The translations under genes were made by a program, and so were the position numbers. Source: a virus (Duplodnaviria > Caudoviricetes). Taken from it: a stretch of 41,655 bases of DNA. Below are positions 18,681-27,205 of this stretch, in pieces (the first letter of the stretch is position 1; each line of letters opens with the position of its first letter). The notes beneath the pieces are model-generated. The model worked only from the letters and a program-made list of their open reading frames with translations. It searched no databases and was not told where the DNA came from. The stretch is from IMG/VR virus record IMGVR_UViG_3300043451_000318, positions 1-41,655 of that record, one strand, 5' to 3'.

Positions 18681-19031
18681 ATGCTCAAACTTAACTTGAA
18701 ACGTGAGCCGTATTGGCTCGACTTGAACCATGGCGTTCGCGTCAAGGTCAAACCTGCCACGACTGCGCTTGTCATGGCAGCACGCCATGCGGCGTCGGTC
18801 ATTGACGGCAAAGACCATGCAGCAGCGGGGCAGCGCACCGCGACTTTGATCACCGAACTTGCCAAGCTGGCTGTGTTGGCCTGGGAGGGTGTGGGCGATG
18901 AAAAGGGCAAGGCCACACCGGTGAGCCCAGAAGGCATTGAAGCCCTGATGGAGTTGTGGCCGGTTGCCGATGCCTTCGAGCGCGAGTATCTGGCGGCTCT
19001 GTATTTGCTGGATGCCGAAAAAAACGCCTAA
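18681..19031 (+). CDS. Tail assembly chaperone (gpG-like)
   Basis: Position; ends ..EKNA over the slippery sequence A AAA AAC. Confidence 0.82.
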   Translation: MLKLNLKREPYWLDLNHGVRVKVKPATTALVMAARHAASVIDGKDHAAAGQRTATLITELAKLAVLAWEGVGDEKGKATPVSPEGIEALMELWPVADAFEREYLAALYLLDAEKNA

Positions 19032-19357
19032 AGGCTCGTACCGAATGGCACTTCGGTGGCGGGCCAGCGTACTGCGAAGCCTGCGCAACAACCTGCCCTG
19101 AATGTCCGTACCAAGTGAATGCGCCTAAAACCCAAGAGGGGTGGGAAGCACTCTCGGTTTTGGAGGTCTGTGCGGCGCAGTTGCGTATGGCTCAAAACAC
19201 AGTGATTGGCTTGAACTTCAATGCTTGGAGCCAAGCCAGTGTGTCTTTAAATGCAGATGTTTGTGCGATGACGCACATATTTCCTGCGATTGAGGCGGGC
19301 ATCACTGCTGCCATGAATTCTTCAAGCATCGCAACAACAGGTGACAGCCATGGCTGA
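19019..19357 (+). CDS. Frameshift extension of the tail chaperone (gpT-like)
   Basis: Open -1 frame after heptamer AAAAAAC (19019-19025), reading KKRLKARTEWHFGGG..CEAC...CPEC; ends overlapping the tape measure start. Confidence 0.75.
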   Translation, partial: KKRLKARTEWHFGGGPAYCEACATTCPECPYQVNAPKTQEGWEALSVLEVCAAQLRMAQNTVIGLNFNAWSQASVSLNADVCAMTHIFPAIEAGITAAMNSSSIATTGDSHG

Positions 19358-21971
19358 ACGCAATCTCGCAATTCGACTCTCGGTGGTGGATGGCGGCAAG
19401 GTCAAGGCTGAGCTCTCCGATGTTGGGGAGGCGGGAGAGAAGTCACTCAAGCGCATTGAGGCAGCATCGCAACCTGCCTCAGCAGGATTGCAGATCGTCT
19501 CCAAAGCGGCCAACGATGCGTTCGCGCAAATGGAAGATGCGACTTCGCGTCTTGGGCTCCTTGGAACGGTGCTCGGAAAACTTGGTCCCGCAGGTTTGAT
19601 TGCTGGAGCCTCTATCGCTGCAGCTGGCTATGGCATGCATCAGCTGATCGTGCCAGTGGCCGAAGTTGGTGAGGAACTGAACAAGCTCTCTCAAAAGACA
19701 GCGGTGTCAGTGGAGGCCTTGTCTGCACTGCTTTATGTCTCTGAGTTGTCGGATGTCAGCACGGAGAGTTTGACCAAGGCTTTGAAGTTCTTGTCGACCG
19801 CCATGTTCGACGCAAAAGTCAAAGGCGGCGAGGGCAGTGCTGCGTTGCGCGCGTTTGGTATCTCGGCATTGGATGCGAATAACCAAATCCGCCCGACCGA
19901 AGAGGTCTTGCTCGATCTTGCCGATAAGTTCTCAGCCATGCCAGACAGCGCTGAGAAAGCCGCCCTTGCGGTGAAGTTGTTTGGCAAGAATGGCCTAGAC
20001 ATGATCCCGATGCTCAACCAAGGGCGAGACGGGATCACGGCCATGATGGAGGAAGCCAAACGTTTAGGCTTGGTGATGTCAGCGGATGCTGCGCGGGCAT
20101 CGGAAGAGTTCAATGACAACCTGAAGCGACTGCATGCGGTCAACGAAGGTGTGCAGCGCCAGATTGGCTCGGCCTTCATTCCGATCTTGGCCGATTTGAC
20201 TGAGCACATCTTCCTTGCCAAAACAGAGGCAGGTGGTTTTAGTAGTGAGCTGATTGCAATCAGCAACAACCGCCAGCAAGTGCTCAACTACCTTGAAGAC
20301 GTTGCCAAGGGGCTTGGCTTCATTGCTGAGTCGGCTGTGTTGGCCAAGCGGGTAATCTCTCAGCCGTTTGACAGTCTGTCTGTGGTGGGCAAGGACGTCG
20401 AAACATGGATGAAGAGCGACATGCTGCGCTCGATGAAGTCCATGGGCTACAACGAACAGCAGATTGATGCGGAGATTGCCAAGCTTCAAGGCGCACGTGA
20501 CAAGTTTGTTGAATCAGCCAACGAGCGATTGGCGCGCATCAATGACAACCCCGGTTATGTGAACTCGATTGAGAAGTTCTTCGATGAGCAGCGTCGAACC
20601 GTTCGGGTGATGGGCCAGAAGTTTGTACTTGATACAGCTGAGCAAGCTGCACAGGTGCAAAAGATCTATGACGAGTTCTTGCCCAAGATGCCCAGAAAGG
20701 CTCCTGCCGGGATGGACCTCTCTGGGTTCGACAAGAACAATGAAGGCTTGCAATTTTTAAAACAACTCGAGCAACGCTCAATGCGTGTGACCGGTGGCGA
20801 GGCCGCTGAGCTCAGAGCCAAGGCGCTGGACTTGGAGAAAAAGGGCTACGCAGGTGTTCGGGCTGAAGCTGAGAAGTACATCCAGGTCATTGAGGCCATG
20901 GAGAAGCAAAAGGTCTCGGACAAGAAGTTCGATGAGTACGAGAAAGAGCTGCAAAAGGTTCATCAGATCACCGAGGGCTACATCGGTAACAACCGTCTCA
21001 AACAAGAAGAGCTGGTGCTCAAGCGTCAGATGCTTGATGTGGGGGATGTCGAGCGTGCGGGCATGCAAGTGCGCTTTGATTTGGAGAAAGCTGCCTACGC
21101 TGCGCGCAGGCAAGCGGATCAAATCACCGACCCGGGTCTCAAGGCTGAAGCGATCGAGATCATCAACCAAGCTCTGTCTCGCCAGTTGCCTGTGATTGTT
21201 GACTTAGCTCGTGCCAATGCGGAGTACCAACGCAGCTTTGATTACGGGATGCGCTCATCGGTTCGTAGCTATGTGGAGGATTCCACCAACGCTGCCAAAC
21301 AAGCTGAACGGGCGGTGACTTCTGCTTTCAAAGGCATGGAGGATGCGCTCGTTCAATTTGTGACCACGGGCAAGCTCGACTTCACCAGCTTGGCCAACTC
21401 CATCATTGCTGATCTGGTACGCATTCAGATTCAGCGAATGGTTACTTTGCCATTGGCTGGCTGGTTGGGAGGTTTGGGTTCAACACCCACACCTGCACCT
21501 AGCGGCAGCATCGTTCCAATCGGTGCAACAGACCTTGTAAACCCCATGGTCGCAGTGGCACACACGGGTGGCTTGATTGGCTCGGACAGTTTGGCCTCCC
21601 GATCGGTGGGACTTCACAACTTCGCAGGTGCTACTCGTTATCACACGGGTGGTTTGGTCGAAGGGGAGGTGCCCATCATCGCGCAGCCGGGTGAGGCGGT
21701 GTTCACGCCCGGTCAGATGCGCGCATTGGGTGGGGCGCTTTCTTCTAAGAACCAACCTCAAGTGCGTGTGGCTGTGAACGTGATCAACAACGCTTCAGGC
21801 GTGGATGCGCGTGTTCAGTCTTCTCAACAAGCCGATGGTTCGATGCGGCTGGACATCATCGTGGAGCAAATTGAAGCTCGCATGTCCCGATCGATTGGTC
21901 AGGGCACGGGGATTGCACCAACCCTTGAGCGTCGCTATGGGTTGAATCCGGCTGCAGGAGCGATGCGATGA
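19350..21971 (+). CDS. Tail tape measure protein
   Basis: About 873 aa, helical and Ala-rich; lambda-type C-terminal AFKGMEDALVQFVTTGKLDF and HTGG motifs. Confidence 0.93.
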   Translation: MAERNLAIRLSVVDGGKVKAELSDVGEAGEKSLKRIEAASQPASAGLQIVSKAANDAFAQMEDATSRLGLLGTVLGKLGPAGLIAGASIAAAGYGMHQLIVPVAEVGEELNKLSQKTAVSVEALSALLYVSELSDVSTESLTKALKFLSTAMFDAKVKGGEGSAALRAFGISALDANNQIRPTEEVLLDLADKFSAMPDSAEKAALAVKLFGKNGLDMIPMLNQGRDGITAMMEEAKRLGLVMSADAARASEEFNDNLKRLHAVNEGVQRQIGSAFIPILADLTEHIFLAKTEAGGFSSELIAISNNRQQVLNYLEDVAKGLGFIAESAVLAKRVISQPFDSLSVVGKDVETWMKSDMLRSMKSMGYNEQQIDAEIAKLQGARDKFVESANERLARINDNPGYVNSIEKFFDEQRRTVRVMGQKFVLDTAEQAAQVQKIYDEFLPKMPRKAPAGMDLSGFDKNNEGLQFLKQLEQRSMRVTGGEAAELRAKALDLEKKGYAGVRAEAEKYIQVIEAMEKQKVSDKKFDEYEKELQKVHQITEGYIGNNRLKQEELVLKRQMLDVGDVERAGMQVRFDLEKAAYAARRQADQITDPGLKAEAIEIINQALSRQLPVIVDLARANAEYQRSFDYGMRSSVRSYVEDSTNAAKQAERAVTSAFKGMEDALVQFVTTGKLDFTSLANSIIADLVRIQIQRMVTLPLAGWLGGLGSTPTPAPSGSIVPIGATDLVNPMVAVAHTGGLIGSDSLASRSVGLHNFAGATRYHTGGLVEGEVPIIAQPGEAVFTPGQMRALGGALSSKNQPQVRVAVNVINNASGVDARVQSSQQADGSMRLDIIVEQIEARMSRSIGQGTGIAPTLERRYGLNPAAGAMR

Positions 21972-22456
21972 CGAGTAGTTATCCACAGTTTCCGGTTGAA
22001 CGGATCCCGCTTCCTTCGGTGGATGGTTACACCATCGCGCCTGGTGAAGCTGTGATTCGAACGGACATGGAGTCTGGTGCGGCCAGATCGCGGCGACGGT
22101 TCAGTCAAACGCCTGCACGGGTGAGTGTTCGTTGGAACTTGCGCCCGCTGACCTATGCGATTTTTGAATCTTGGTTCAAACACGAAATCCTCGATGGCGC
22201 TGAGTGGTTTGAGTTGCCGTTGCTTGCTGGCATTGGCATGGCCACGACACAGGCGCGTTTTACCAAGGCTTATCAAGCCAAGCTGGTGCGACGCAATCAG
22301 TGGGATGTGAGTGGTGAGCTGGAGATTCGAAATCGTCCAGTCCTGACCCGTGATGCGCTGGGAGTTCTTGTGAACTCCGACTTTGAAGCCTTGGAGCTTT
22401 CTATCGACTCGCTCGAATACCTCGTCCAACACCAACTGCCCTCAGAACCTTGGTAA
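21968..22456 (+). CDS. Distal tail protein (gpM/Dit-like)
   Basis: ATGA-coupled to the tape measure; IRTDMESGAARSRRRF motif. Confidence 0.78.
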   Translation: MTSSYPQFPVERIPLPSVDGYTIAPGEAVIRTDMESGAARSRRRFSQTPARVSVRWNLRPLTYAIFESWFKHEILDGAEWFELPLLAGIGMATTQARFTKAYQAKLVRRNQWDVSGELEIRNRPVLTRDALGVLVNSDFEALELSIDSLEYLVQHQLPSEPW

Positions 22457-22479
22457 CTCGGGTCTGGGGGCTTTCTTTT
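22438..22479 (+). terminator. Terminator-like hairpin before the fibre gene
   Basis: GCCCTCAGA / TCTGGGGGC stem (one G-U) followed by TTTCTTTT. Confidence 0.45.
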
Positions 22480-22487
22480 GAGCTCCC

Positions 22488-25118
22488 ATGAACCTGCAAG
22501 AACGGTTAGAAGCGACAGTCAACAGGGCTGAGGTCGATGTGTCCTTGTTGCACCAAGTGGTGCACGGAAACAATCAGACCGATGTGGTCACCGAAGGTGG
22601 ACCTGTCAAAACGGTGGCCAAGGCCATCCATCAGGTTGAACTTGACTTGGCTGCCTCACGCACAGAGCTCACAGCTCAGGTGGGGGAGGCCACAAGGCAA
22701 GCGGGCATCTCCACAAGCAGTGCCAACCTCTCGACATCCAAAGCCGCAGATGCAGCGGCAACGCTGGCAGAGGTCAAGGCTAGAGCGGACGCTGCAACCA
22801 GCGCAGTGGTGATTCCTACCAAGACATGGGTGGGAAACGGCACACAGACAGATTTTGCGCTTGACTATGCGGTGGGCCATCCCGGTGCATTACAGGTCAC
22901 GGTCGCGAGTGTGTTGCAAACGCCCGTGGATGCCTATTCGCTGTTTGACTCCAGAACCCTGAGGTTTGTGACGGCTCCCTTGAATGGCGTGAGCATCACT
23001 GCGCGGATGCTGGATAAAGAGAGCCAGACGGGTGCAGCCGCTGCGATGGATTGGGCGACCAAGACCACAGGGCCTGTTCAAGGTGTTGAGTATTCGGCGA
23101 AATACCAAGCGCAGGCGGCAGCGGGTAGTGCAAGCGCATCTAGTGCTTCGGCTTCCGCCGCTGCAACCAGTGCTGCGGCTTCTGCATCTTCTGCTTTCAC
23201 ATCCAGTACCAAAGCCAGTGACGCTGCAACGTCTGCAAGCAATGCGGCGGCGTCTGCGACAACTGCAACAACACAAGCTAGTGCAGCGTCCGGCTCTGCC
23301 AGTGGTGCTGCTACATCAGCGACTGCCGCTGCGAGCTCAGCCAGTACTGCATCTTCTAAAGCGACCGAGGCCTCGAATAGTGCATCCAGTGCTTCTAGTT
23401 CAGCGGGAGCTGCTGCAACGAGTGCTAATACCGCTCAAGAATGGGCAACCAAAACCAGTGCGCCTGTCAGTGGCTCCGATTACTCAGCGAAGTATTACGC
23501 CCAGTCCATCACAGCATCTGCAGCAACGGCGAATCAAAAAGCAAGTGATGCGGCGGCGAGTGCCACGGCTGCGGCTGGGTCAGCCACTACGGCCACGACC
23601 AAAGCCTCGGAAAGTGCTGCTTCTGCTACTAGCGCTGCATCGTCAGCGACAACGGCAACAACACAGGCAACTGCATCTGCGACATCTGCCACCAACGCAA
23701 GCGCATCTGCAAGTGCTGCCGCTGGTTCTGCAAGCACCGCCAATACCAAAGCAAGTGATGCGGCTGCAAGTGCGACAGCTGCTGCAACCTCAGCAAGCAA
23801 TGCTGGAGCGAGCGCAACGAGTGCTGCCGCATCCGCGAGCGCCGCAGCTGGGTCAGCGACTACAGCGACGACCAAAGCTTCGGAGGCTTTGACGAGTGCA
23901 AATGCATCGGCTTCATCTGCCAGTGCTGCGTCTGCCAGTGCGACAAGTGCAGCGAGTTCTCTGTCCTCTGCGCAAACGCAAGCAACCAAAGCGGCTGAAT
24001 GGGCAGAAAAGACCGTCACCACGGTGGATGGGACGGGTTACTCAGCTAAGTACTGGGCGGCGCAAGCAGCGGGCTCTGCCGCTGCAGTGACGACCAACAC
24101 CATCATTCCTGCGGAGACATTCACGGGCAATGGTGTGGCCACGGATTTCACGATCAGCCGTGGCGTGTCTTATCCAGGCGCATTGTTGGTCACGGTTGCG
24201 GGTGTACAGCAAGCGCCAGTGGATGCGTACACCACGCCCACCACGACCACGCTTCGATTCAGCTCAGCGCCGGGCAATGGCGTTCTCATCAGTGTTCGGT
24301 ATCTGGACAAAGAGGCGCAGTCGGGTGCAGCTGCCGCACAAGAGTGGGCGACGAAGACGACAGGCCCAGTGTCGGGCTCGACGGAATACTCCGCCAAGTA
24401 CCACGCAGGTGCAGTGGCTGCGAGTAGTGCTGTTGCGACCCAGAAGGCAGCCGATGCTTCTGGGTCTGCTACCTCTGCTGCGGCTTCAGCCGCAACAGCC
24501 ACGACCAAGGCGTCTGACGCTTCAGGTTCTGCCAGTGCTGCGGCGAGTTCTGCAACGACCGCCACTACCAAAGCAAGCGAAGCATCAGCGTCGGCGACAA
24601 ACGCGGGTGTGTCTGCATCTGCGTCAGCGACTTCTGCCACGGCCTCAGCTGGCTCTGCTGCCACGGCGACTACCAAAGCATCTGACGCAGCAACGTCTGC
24701 GGCAACGGCCACAACCAAAGCGACAGAAGCCAGTGGCTCTGCAACTGGCGCAGCAAGTTCGGCCAGTGCAGCGAACACATCGGCCTCTCAGGCATCGACT
24801 TCGGCCACAAGCGCTGCGACCAGTGCAACAGCCTCCGCAACCTCAGCAAGCAACGCTCAGACCTACGCCACTCAGGCACAAGCTGCGGCAGCCAGTGCAC
24901 AAGGCTCAAGCGTTGCTCCGCAGGTGTTTACGGGCAATGGCAGTGCCACGGACTTTGCGCTCACCACGGCAGCAGCCAGTGTGACCAAGCTCATGGTGAC
25001 TGTGGCCAATGTCATTCAAGACTCGCTAGATGCCTATGTGTTGGTCAATAGCGGGGCAACGTTGCGGTTCACCTCTGCCCCTTTGAATGGGGTGCGCATT
25101 GTGGTTCGGTATCTGTAG
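22488..25118 (+). CDS. Ala/Ser/Thr-rich tail fibre (Stf-like coiled coil) with three repeated beta domains
   Basis: N-terminal anchor-like region, long A/S/T heptad-like runs, three GNG..TDF...LRF..AP.NGV domains and four W(A).KT...YSAKY motifs. Confidence 0.8.
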   Translation: MNLQERLEATVNRAEVDVSLLHQVVHGNNQTDVVTEGGPVKTVAKAIHQVELDLAASRTELTAQVGEATRQAGISTSSANLSTSKAADAAATLAEVKARADAATSAVVIPTKTWVGNGTQTDFALDYAVGHPGALQVTVASVLQTPVDAYSLFDSRTLRFVTAPLNGVSITARMLDKESQTGAAAAMDWATKTTGPVQGVEYSAKYQAQAAAGSASASSASASAAATSAAASASSAFTSSTKASDAATSASNAAASATTATTQASAASGSASGAATSATAAASSASTASSKATEASNSASSASSSAGAAATSANTAQEWATKTSAPVSGSDYSAKYYAQSITASAATANQKASDAAASATAAAGSATTATTKASESAASATSAASSATTATTQATASATSATNASASASAAAGSASTANTKASDAAASATAAATSASNAGASATSAAASASAAAGSATTATTKASEALTSANASASSASAASASATSAASSLSSAQTQATKAAEWAEKTVTTVDGTGYSAKYWAAQAAGSAAAVTTNTIIPAETFTGNGVATDFTISRGVSYPGALLVTVAGVQQAPVDAYTTPTTTTLRFSSAPGNGVLISVRYLDKEAQSGAAAAQEWATKTTGPVSGSTEYSAKYHAGAVAASSAVATQKAADASGSATSAAASAATATTKASDASGSASAAASSATTATTKASEASASATNAGVSASASATSATASAGSAATATTKASDAATSAATATTKATEASGSATGAASSASAANTSASQASTSATSAATSATASATSASNAQTYATQAQAAAASAQGSSVAPQVFTGNGSATDFALTTAAASVTKLMVTVANVIQDSLDAYVLVNSGATLRFTSAPLNGVRIVVRYL

Positions 25119-25143
25119 AGCATTCTTTTGAAAGGAGGCCGTT

Positions 25144-25743
25144 GTGCCTATTACGCAAATTCCACCCGAGGGTCTCAAAGACTCGGGTGTCTCTGCTGGA
25201 ACCTATGGGTCAGCTTCACAAATCCCCGTTGTGACGGTCAACAGCAAAGGTCAAGTGACTTCAGCGGGTACAGCAGCGTTGGACTTGTCTACCAAGGTCA
25301 ACAAAGCAGGCGACACGATGACGGGAACCTTGTCTGTTCCACGTTTGCAAGTTGCATCCACTGCGAACTACATCGATATGGTCGATACGGACTGGGGCAC
25401 GCGTTCGTTTCATCACAACCAAGGGCTCATGGGATTTTTGAAATCCGATGGCAACTGGGATATGTATATGAACAACGGTGGCTCCATGTGGACGGCCAAC
25501 TATGGCTGGCTGCATGACTACTTTTTCTACAACGTAACCAATTGCGTGCGTGTGAACAACAATCCTTCATCTGGTTGGCAAGGGGCTCCCAATTGTCAAA
25601 TCACAGACAACTGCTACAACTGTGGTGATCAAGCGCCGTACAACTACTACAACCTGATCACCCTGTTTGATAACGGTGGCAATTTACGGTTGGGTGCGTA
25701 TGGCACGCGCTACAACTGCAACTGCGATTGCAATTGCTGCTAA
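25144..25743 (+). CDS. Small tail-fibre-like protein with Asn-Cys-rich C-terminus
   Basis: AGGAGG SD, GTG start; fibre motifs SGVSAGTYGSASQIPVVTVNSKGQVT and KVNKAGDTMTGTL; all 9 Cys lie in the last 66 aa. Confidence 0.8.
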   Translation: MPITQIPPEGLKDSGVSAGTYGSASQIPVVTVNSKGQVTSAGTAALDLSTKVNKAGDTMTGTLSVPRLQVASTANYIDMVDTDWGTRSFHHNQGLMGFLKSDGNWDMYMNNGGSMWTANYGWLHDYFFYNVTNCVRVNNNPSSGWQGAPNCQITDNCYNCGDQAPYNYYNLITLFDNGGNLRLGAYGTRYNCNCDCNCC

Positions 25744-25754
25744 GGGGTGAAAAC

Positions 25755-26597
25755 ATGAAACTTCACCTCACTACAAAAAATACACCCTTTGCACTGGATG
25801 TCACGCTCAATGGCTCAGTGCTCTCTTTTCGAATTCGCAACGTCATGCAGCGAGAGTTTGTGGGCGATCCAACTCAAGAGCATGAAAGTGGCGGCCAGTT
25901 CTTTGATGAATCGCTGATCACCGAGTGGCGAGGGGACTGGGGCGTTTTTGATGAGGGCGTTTATGAACGAACCCTCGACTTGGAAACGCTCAAGTCCCAC
26001 GCTGAGTTCGGTGACCATGCTTCCTTCATGTTGTATGCGCCTAAGGGATGGGCCTCAGAAGGCGCGCGTGAAAGTCTCTTTGATCACACCCCCAACTTGT
26101 ACGTAGCCACTTTGGCAAGCAAGATGGATGCGCAGGCTTATCACGCGACCGTAGTTCAGGCGCATCCCGTCGGTCATATCTTGGTGCCACTCAAAACATC
26201 TGAACTCGCAGATTGGTTGCTTGGTTTCAATGTGTTCGATCCTGTTCTTGTCAAAACACAAGGCGACATCGATGCAGAGCCTTGTGTCAATCTGGCTCTT
26301 GCGCGTATGGAGTCTTTGCCTGTGGTTCGGTTCATACCCAGCACTGAATCGGACGACGGACTGATTGTTAGTTTCAGACTTGAAGAGCCTGATGGTCAGC
26401 CAATCATCGATCACGATGCAGACGTCTATTTGGATTCAACCGCTGGGTTCTTACGTGACCGTCGTGTGATGACAGTTGATGGCGCAGGAAGCACTGTCTT
26501 TAAAACAGACGGCTTGAGCTCAGGCACCCAAGTCAAGATCAAAGTTGGCTTCAAGTACTTCAGCGGTACCGATGATTTGGTGGTGAGCGTTCCATGA
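25755..26597 (+). CDS. Hypothetical protein with beta-rich (Ig-like) C-terminal domain
   Basis: ATG25755 after AAGGGG; ATGA overlap with the next gene; no catalytic motif recognised. Confidence 0.75.
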   Translation: MKLHLTTKNTPFALDVTLNGSVLSFRIRNVMQREFVGDPTQEHESGGQFFDESLITEWRGDWGVFDEGVYERTLDLETLKSHAEFGDHASFMLYAPKGWASEGARESLFDHTPNLYVATLASKMDAQAYHATVVQAHPVGHILVPLKTSELADWLLGFNVFDPVLVKTQGDIDAEPCVNLALARMESLPVVRFIPSTESDDGLIVSFRLEEPDGQPIIDHDADVYLDSTAGFLRDRRVMTVDGAGSTVFKTDGLSSGTQVKIKVGFKYFSGTDDLVVSVP

Positions 26598-27205
26598 TCC
26601 TTGACCTTTTTCCTCTTAAAACAGGGATCTGGTCACTTGGGATGGATGCGGCGTTTGATCAAGGGCTTTATGAAGAGCTCTTGCAATTGAACGCACGTAT
26701 GCAAACAGGCGATCAGATCTGGGAGCGTAAAGACCACAACATCTTTGACGGTCGTTCCCCACGTTGCCAGACATTGCAGGCAGCCGTTTTATCCAAAGTG
26801 CAGGGGCTGCTTGGTCCAAACGGTCGAGTGGCACAGGTGCAAGGGCGTGAGGTCGTTCGTGCCAGCGGCGTCGAAATCATGCCCCACAACGACGAAGACG
26901 AATGTGATGTGCAGGCTGTCTATTTCCCAATCGGCCCCGAGCTTGACGATGACTTGAGATTGATGCCGCAAGTTAATCAATTCGCTCCCAACGGCTTTGC
27001 CATTTGTAACCCCGCCTGGCGCTCGTCTGGGTTCGCTGGGTTGCTGATGCCTTGGGAGTCCCCATCCAAGTTCTGGATCAAGCCTCATCGCGGTCTGTTG
27101 ATTGCGTTTGATGCCAGAGCCATTCATTTTCAGAAACCCTACTTTGGGGAGCAACCGTTCATGAACATTCTTTTCAATATCAAAGTGGAGCGCATCCATG
27201 GCTGA
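26594..27205 (+). CDS. 2OG-Fe(II) oxygenase-like (DSBH) protein
   Basis: HxD (PHND), VYFP strand, IKP..GLLIAF and distal His (AIH.QKP), then ILFN. Confidence 0.72.
   Translation: MILDLFPLKTGIWSLGMDAAFDQGLYEELLQLNARMQTGDQIWERKDHNIFDGRSPRCQTLQAAVLSKVQGLLGPNGRVAQVQGREVVRASGVEIMPHNDEDECDVQAVYFPIGPELDDDLRLMPQVNQFAPNGFAICNPAWRSSGFAGLLMPWESPSKFWIKPHRGLLIAFDARAIHFQKPYFGEQPFMNILFNIKVERIHG

Noticed and set aside
23100-24900. Repetitive DNA as a possible CRISPR or tandem array
   Set aside because: Repeats are degenerate at third codon positions and have no constant repeat-spacer period; they are coding repeats.
23032-24984. Long alternative-frame and antisense ORFs in the fibre gene
   Set aside because: By-products of GCN/TCN/ACN codon repeats that lack stops.
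25498-25743. AAC-rich 3' end of a fibre gene suggesting a diversity-generating retroelement TR/VR
   Set aside because: No reverse transcriptase and no second near-identical copy seen in the window; the AAC richness is explained by Asn codons. A remote DGR cannot be excluded.
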